A stretch of DNA of 64,000 nucleotides from Desulfobulbus sp. (GTDB lineage Bacteria; Desulfobacterota; Desulfobulbia; Desulfobulbales; Desulfobulbaceae): NCBI GenBank assembly GCA_009780825.1, contig WQZH01000007.1, positions 52,696-116,695 on the forward strand, in the 5' to 3' direction. Position 1 is the stretch's first letter. Each line of letters begins with the position of its first letter. The notes under the pieces are model-generated. The model had not been told where the DNA came from and searched no databases. It worked only from the letters and a program-made list of their open reading frames with translations. Below, piece by piece: positions 60,204-64,000 of this stretch. Both the position numbers and the translations under genes were made by a program.

Positions 60204-61241
60204 ATGAAACGCATCGCGCGCGTCATTTGGAAATTCGTGGTCGGGTTGATCGTGATCGGCGCCGTTTGGGTGTTGTTCACCAAGCTGCGGACGGAGATCG
60301 CGTGCGATCCGGCCACCAAGGCCTTGCTGGACAGTGGCGGCCTCTGGAACGACGTCAAAGTGATCATCGCGGTCATCGCCGAGTATCTCATCGATGTTCC
60401 ACTAAAATCCCATCTCTACGCTTGCCTGTCCGCCTTGGCCGCCTATTCGGCGCTGGCATGGTACGACCGGATAGCGTTGCTGCATCTTGGCCGGCTCAAA
60501 GGCATCTCCTGGCCCTATGTCGCCGTGTGCTCATTCGTGACGTATGCGTTTGGCCACAATCTGGGGGCATCGGTCCTTTCCGGAGGCCTGGTGCGACTGC
60601 GCGCCTATTGCGCCAAAGGGCTCAAAGCCACCGAAGTCGCCGCGCTGGTCGCCATGTGCTCGTTCACCTTCCTGTTCGGCTGCTTACTGCTCCTTGGTGT
60701 GGTGCTGGTGTTCGAACCGGAGATCATCCTCGCGCTCTCCGCACTCATTCCCCGCATGGTCCTGCCTATCTGGTTCGTCCAGGCCGCGGGCATCTTCCTC
60801 CTGGCGCTGTGCTTCCTGTATGTTTTGGGCTCGTGGCGGACCTTCAAGCCATTCCGGCTGGGGGCGCTGGATATCGTCTACCCTCGCCTCGGCATAGTGG
60901 GCCGGCAACTGCTCGCGGCTCCGCTGGAGATCATGTCGGCGGCCGGCATTATCTACTTTGTCCTGCCGGAGGCCAACAACCCAGGCTACTTTGTCGTGCT
61001 GGGGGCGTTCATTCTGTCCTTTTCCGCCGGTCTTATTTCCCAGGCGCCAGGCGGTCTCGGCGTCATGGAAGCCATCTTTCTGGCCATAATCGACACCGTC
61101 CCGCCAACGAGCGTGATCGCGGCGTTGCTCATCTGGCGCCTGCTCTATCTCATGCTGCCGCTCGCCTTGTCCATCCCGGTCATTCTGGTATTTGAACGCT
61201 CGCAGGCCGCCAAACAGTGCTCGCTTCAACAAGACGAATGA
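60204..61241 (+). CDS. UPF0104 / LPG-synthase TM-like (MprF N-terminal-like) membrane protein
   Basis: YAFGHNLG..VLSGG.VR.RAY, SQAPGGLGVME, WRLLYL.LP. Confidence 0.85.
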   Translation: MKRIARVIWKFVVGLIVIGAVWVLFTKLRTEIACDPATKALLDSGGLWNDVKVIIAVIAEYLIDVPLKSHLYACLSALAAYSALAWYDRIALLHLGRLKGISWPYVAVCSFVTYAFGHNLGASVLSGGLVRLRAYCAKGLKATEVAALVAMCSFTFLFGCLLLLGVVLVFEPEIILALSALIPRMVLPIWFVQAAGIFLLALCFLYVLGSWRTFKPFRLGALDIVYPRLGIVGRQLLAAPLEIMSAAGIIYFVLPEANNPGYFVVLGAFILSFSAGLISQAPGGLGVMEAIFLAIIDTVPPTSVIAALLIWRLLYLMLPLALSIPVILVFERSQAAKQCSLQQDE

Positions 61242-61449
61242 CATTCGCCTCTCTGCCCATGGCGACCTGGCGCCGGCGCAGTGCAAGGAGCAATTTTCCG
61301 TACGCCAGCACTCCCCGCGATTGGCGATCCAGTTTTTGAGTGAGGTTCACTCAGAGGGCTTACAGTGCCCGCCCCAGTGGGGTTGCCAGAGACCCTTATA
61401 AGAACTTTCCGCACCTTATCGACCAAAACAGACGCTACACTATATTCCC

Positions 61450-62385
61450 ATGCCTATTAAAATACCCGCTGATCTGCCTGCCAGAGCCGCTCTTGAACAG
61501 GAAAACATCTTTGTCATGACCGAGGACAGGGCCGCAAGCCAGGACATACGGCCCATACGCATGGCCATAGTCAACCTGATGCCCACGATGCTCACGACAG
61601 AAATCCAGCTGTTGCGCCTTTTAGGCAATACCCCGCTGCAGATCGACATCGTCCTGTTACGGGCCGAAAACCATGTGGCGCGCAACACTTCGCGCGAACA
61701 TTTGAACAAGTTCTACACCACCTTTTCCCAGGTCAAAGACCAAAAGTTCGACGGCATGCTCGTCACCGGCGCGCCAGTGGAACTGCTGCCTTTTGAGCGA
61801 GTGGATTATTGGGAAGAACTCAAGAGTATTATGGACTACAGCGCGGAAAACGTTTTTTCCACCATGTACATCTGCTGGGCTGCCCAGGCGGGGCTGTACC
61901 ACCGCTACGGGATTCCCAACTATCCGCTGGCGGAGAAGAAATTCGGGGTCTTTGACCACACCCTGCTCCAGCCAGGGGAAACCCTGTTCCGCGGCTTTGA
62001 CGATATGTTCCGGGTGCCCCATTCCCGGCACACGGAAGTACGGAGGGAAGACATCGAAAAAATTCCGAGCCTGGAGCTGCTCGCCATGTCGGAAGAAGCC
62101 GGGGTCTGCGTGGTAAAAGCGCACGGGACAGGGGAAATCTTCGTCACCGGCCACTTTGAATACGAAGCGGAGACCTTGCGTTTGGAATACTTCCGGGACA
62201 AAAACAAGAACCTGCCCATCAAGGTTCCGGCCCACTATTTTCCGGACGATGACCCGGCCCAGCCTCCGCTCAACACCTGGCGGTCGCACGCCCACCTGTT
62301 TTTTTCCAACTGGCTTAACTACCATGTGTATCAGGAAACGCCCTACGATCTGACCACGATCAATGGAGGATGCCACCATGACTGA
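61450..62385 (+). CDS. metA: Homoserine O-acyltransferase, MetA family, probably acetyl-specific
   Basis: MPIKIP, QDIRP, NLMP, TGAPVE (Glu here indicates acetyl-CoA; Gly indicates succinyl), ICWAAQA, PHSRH, GHFEY. Confidence 0.95.
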   Translation: MPIKIPADLPARAALEQENIFVMTEDRAASQDIRPIRMAIVNLMPTMLTTEIQLLRLLGNTPLQIDIVLLRAENHVARNTSREHLNKFYTTFSQVKDQKFDGMLVTGAPVELLPFERVDYWEELKSIMDYSAENVFSTMYICWAAQAGLYHRYGIPNYPLAEKKFGVFDHTLLQPGETLFRGFDDMFRVPHSRHTEVRREDIEKIPSLELLAMSEEAGVCVVKAHGTGEIFVTGHFEYEAETLRLEYFRDKNKNLPIKVPAHYFPDDDPAQPPLNTWRSHAHLFFSNWLNYHVYQETPYDLTTINGGCHHD

Positions 62386-63670
62386 CGCGCGTTTTGAAAC
62401 ATTGGCCATACACGGCAGCCAGGAACCGGATCCGGTGACCTTGTCGCGGGCGCTTCCCATACACCGCACCACCGCGTACTCGTTCCGCAACTCGGCGCAC
62501 GCGGCCGACCTTTTCGCCCTGAAAGAAGCGGGCAATATCTATACACGTCTGGGCAATCCCACCCAGGACGTCCTGGAAAAACGCCTGGCCATGCTGGAAG
62601 GGGGCAAAGGCGCGCTGGCTTTAGCCTCCGGCACGTCCGCCATTTTTTATGCGGTCATCAACCTCGCCCAACAGGGGGATGAGATTATCGCTGCCAGCAA
62701 TCTCTATGGCGGCACCTATGTGATGTTCACCAACATCCTACCCCAGTTCGGCGTCAACGTCCGCCTTGTTCCCCCCAATGACGTTGCTGCCGTGGAGGCG
62801 GCCGTCAATGCGAATACAAAGGCTATCTACGCGGAATCGATCGGCAACCCATCCCTGGACGTGGCCGACCTGGAGGCGCTCAGCACGATCGCCCGCAAGC
62901 ACGGCCTGCCCCTGATCATCGACGCCACCTTTGCCACCCCCTTCCTCTGCCGCCCCATAGAACACGGGGCCGACATCGTGGTGCATTCCTTATCCAAGTG
63001 GCTGGGCGGTCACGGAACGGCCATCGGCGGCATCGTCACAGATTCCGGTCGGTTTGACTGGAAAAACCCCCGCTTTGCCCTGTACAACGAAGCGGACGAC
63101 AGCTACCACGGCATCCGCTGGGCCCACGACCTGGGAGATTTGCCGCCTTATATCGTGCGCATGCGTACCGTTCCCCTGCGTAACCTCGGGGCCTGCATCA
63201 GCCCAGACAATGTCTGGATATTTCTGCAGGGTCTTGAAACCCTGGCTTTGCGTATGGAACGCCATTGCGAGAACGCCATGACCGTTGCCCGCCATCTTGC
63301 CCGGCACCCCAAAGTGGCCTGGGTGCGCTACCCAGGGCTTGAGGCCGACCCGACCCATGCCCTGGCGAAAAAATACCTGCGCAACGGATTCGGGGGCATG
63401 GTGGTCTTCGGGATGACATCCGGCCTGCCGGGAGGAGCCAAAGAAGCCGGACAGCGCTGCATTGAAGCATTGCGCCTCTTTTCCCTGGTCTCCAACGTGG
63501 GGGACGCCAAAAGTCTTGCCCTGCATCCCGGCAGCACGACCCATGCCCAGCTCTCGGAAAGCCAGCAACGCGAGGCAGGCCTTTCTCCGGAAATGATCCG
63601 GCTGTCCATCGGCATAGAACACATCGACGACATCATAGCCGACCTCGACCAAGCCTTGGCCGTGGCATAA
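62378..63670 (+). CDS. metY: O-acetylhomoserine aminocarboxypropyltransferase (sulfhydrylase)
   Basis: [26 protein letters not shown] (PLP Lys), [22 protein letters not shown]. Confidence 0.93.
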   Translation: MTDARFETLAIHGSQEPDPVTLSRALPIHRTTAYSFRNSAHAADLFALKEAGNIYTRLGNPTQDVLEKRLAMLEGGKGALALASGTSAIFYAVINLAQQGDEIIAASNLYGGTYVMFTNILPQFGVNVRLVPPNDVAAVEAAVNANTKAIYAESIGNPSLDVADLEALSTIARKHGLPLIIDATFATPFLCRPIEHGADIVVHSLSKWLGGHGTAIGGIVTDSGRFDWKNPRFALYNEADDSYHGIRWAHDLGDLPPYIVRMRTVPLRNLGACISPDNVWIFLQGLETLALRMERHCENAMTVARHLARHPKVAWVRYPGLEADPTHALAKKYLRNGFGGMVVFGMTSGLPGGAKEAGQRCIEALRLFSLVSNVGDAKSLALHPGSTTHAQLSESQQREAGLSPEMIRLSIGIEHIDDIIADLDQALAVA

Positions 63671-63729
63671 AGGGTCTGCTGGATATTAACTGAGCCAATA
63701 TTTTTTTATACCCGACGATTCGGACGGAT

Positions 63730-63765
63730 AAAAAAAGCCTCCCCGACAACGGGAAGGCTTTTTTT
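63730..63765. terminator. Bidirectional intrinsic terminator between metY and pyrF
   Basis: A7-gcctcccg-acaa-cgggaaggc-T7. Confidence 0.88.
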
Positions 63766-63838
63766 GTGCCCAAGAAAATGGGCGGCGAACAGATCAAAAG
63801 GAGGGAAAAGATCTCCTCGCACCAGCGGCCGAATCCAC

Positions 63839-64000
63839 TTACTGCGCGGCTTTTTCAGCAAGGGCTTCCTGGATCTCGCGCTGAATCTCTTCAATTTTGG
63901 CCAGGGGATCGGCGGCCTTGCTGATCGGCCGGCCTATCACCACATAATCGGCTCCATTGCGGATGGCTTCTTTGGCGGTGGCGATCCGTTTTTGGTCGTC
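63839..64000 (-). CDS. pyrF: Orotidine-5'-phosphate decarboxylase, C-terminal part (truncated by the window edge)
   Basis: DDQKRIAT...AIRNGADYVVIGRPI..AADP. Confidence 0.9.
   Translation of the reverse strand, partial: DDQKRIATAKEAIRNGADYVVIGRPISKAADPLAKIEEIQREIQEALAEKAAQ

Noticed and set aside
61245-61449. SAM-I, SAH or cobalamin riboswitch before metA (also checked before metF and the O-methyltransferase)
   Set aside because: No AUC-AGAG...GAU core or other consensus in the sense orientation.
1142-63652. Many long antisense or overlapping ORFs in the track (e.g. 1142..2764, 4995..6218, 18728..20161, 32428..34332, 35546..37609)
   Set aside because: They are shadows of well-supported genes in GC-rich DNA and show no family motifs.
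1-64000. CRISPR array, rRNA, IS element or integrase
   Set aside because: No regularly spaced repeats, rRNA-like sequence, transposase or recombinase motifs were seen.

Overview
GC-rich bacterial chromosomal window; the gene content suggests an anaerobic Desulfobacterota/Desulfobulbus-like organism (inference, not checked). In order: the 3' part of a radical SAM gene; a large single-chain purL; an eroded surface-polysaccharide locus (rmlBDAC-manC-manB-epimerase, with remnants of a glycosyltransferase and an initiating sugar transferase); a frameshifted clsB; hydantoinase, ccdA/TlpA, thioesterase and TolC genes; an Rrf2-DUF4492-cydAB operon ending in a 31-aa ORF absent from the supplied ORF track; a methyltransferase, PaaI thioesterase, PIN-like protein, nitroreductase and GT4; a 1064-aa membrane protein with a PHP-like domain; an ADP-forming acyl-CoA ligase; a metal ABC transporter and Nramp; a def-fmt-larC-pgpA run; plsY, a J-domain gene, metF and an O-methyltransferase; a type I Zorya anti-phage locus (zorABCD) with a YefM-YoeB module nested antisense between zorC and zorD and a 1-nt frameshift that cuts off the ZorD nuclease domain; mgtA with a structured leader and Pro-rich upstream ORF, followed by a PTS EIIA-domain gene; a UPF0104 membrane protein; metA-metY; and the 3' end of pyrF. 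No rRNA, tRNA, CRISPR array or transposase was recognised. All family calls come from motif recognition by eye; no searches were run.
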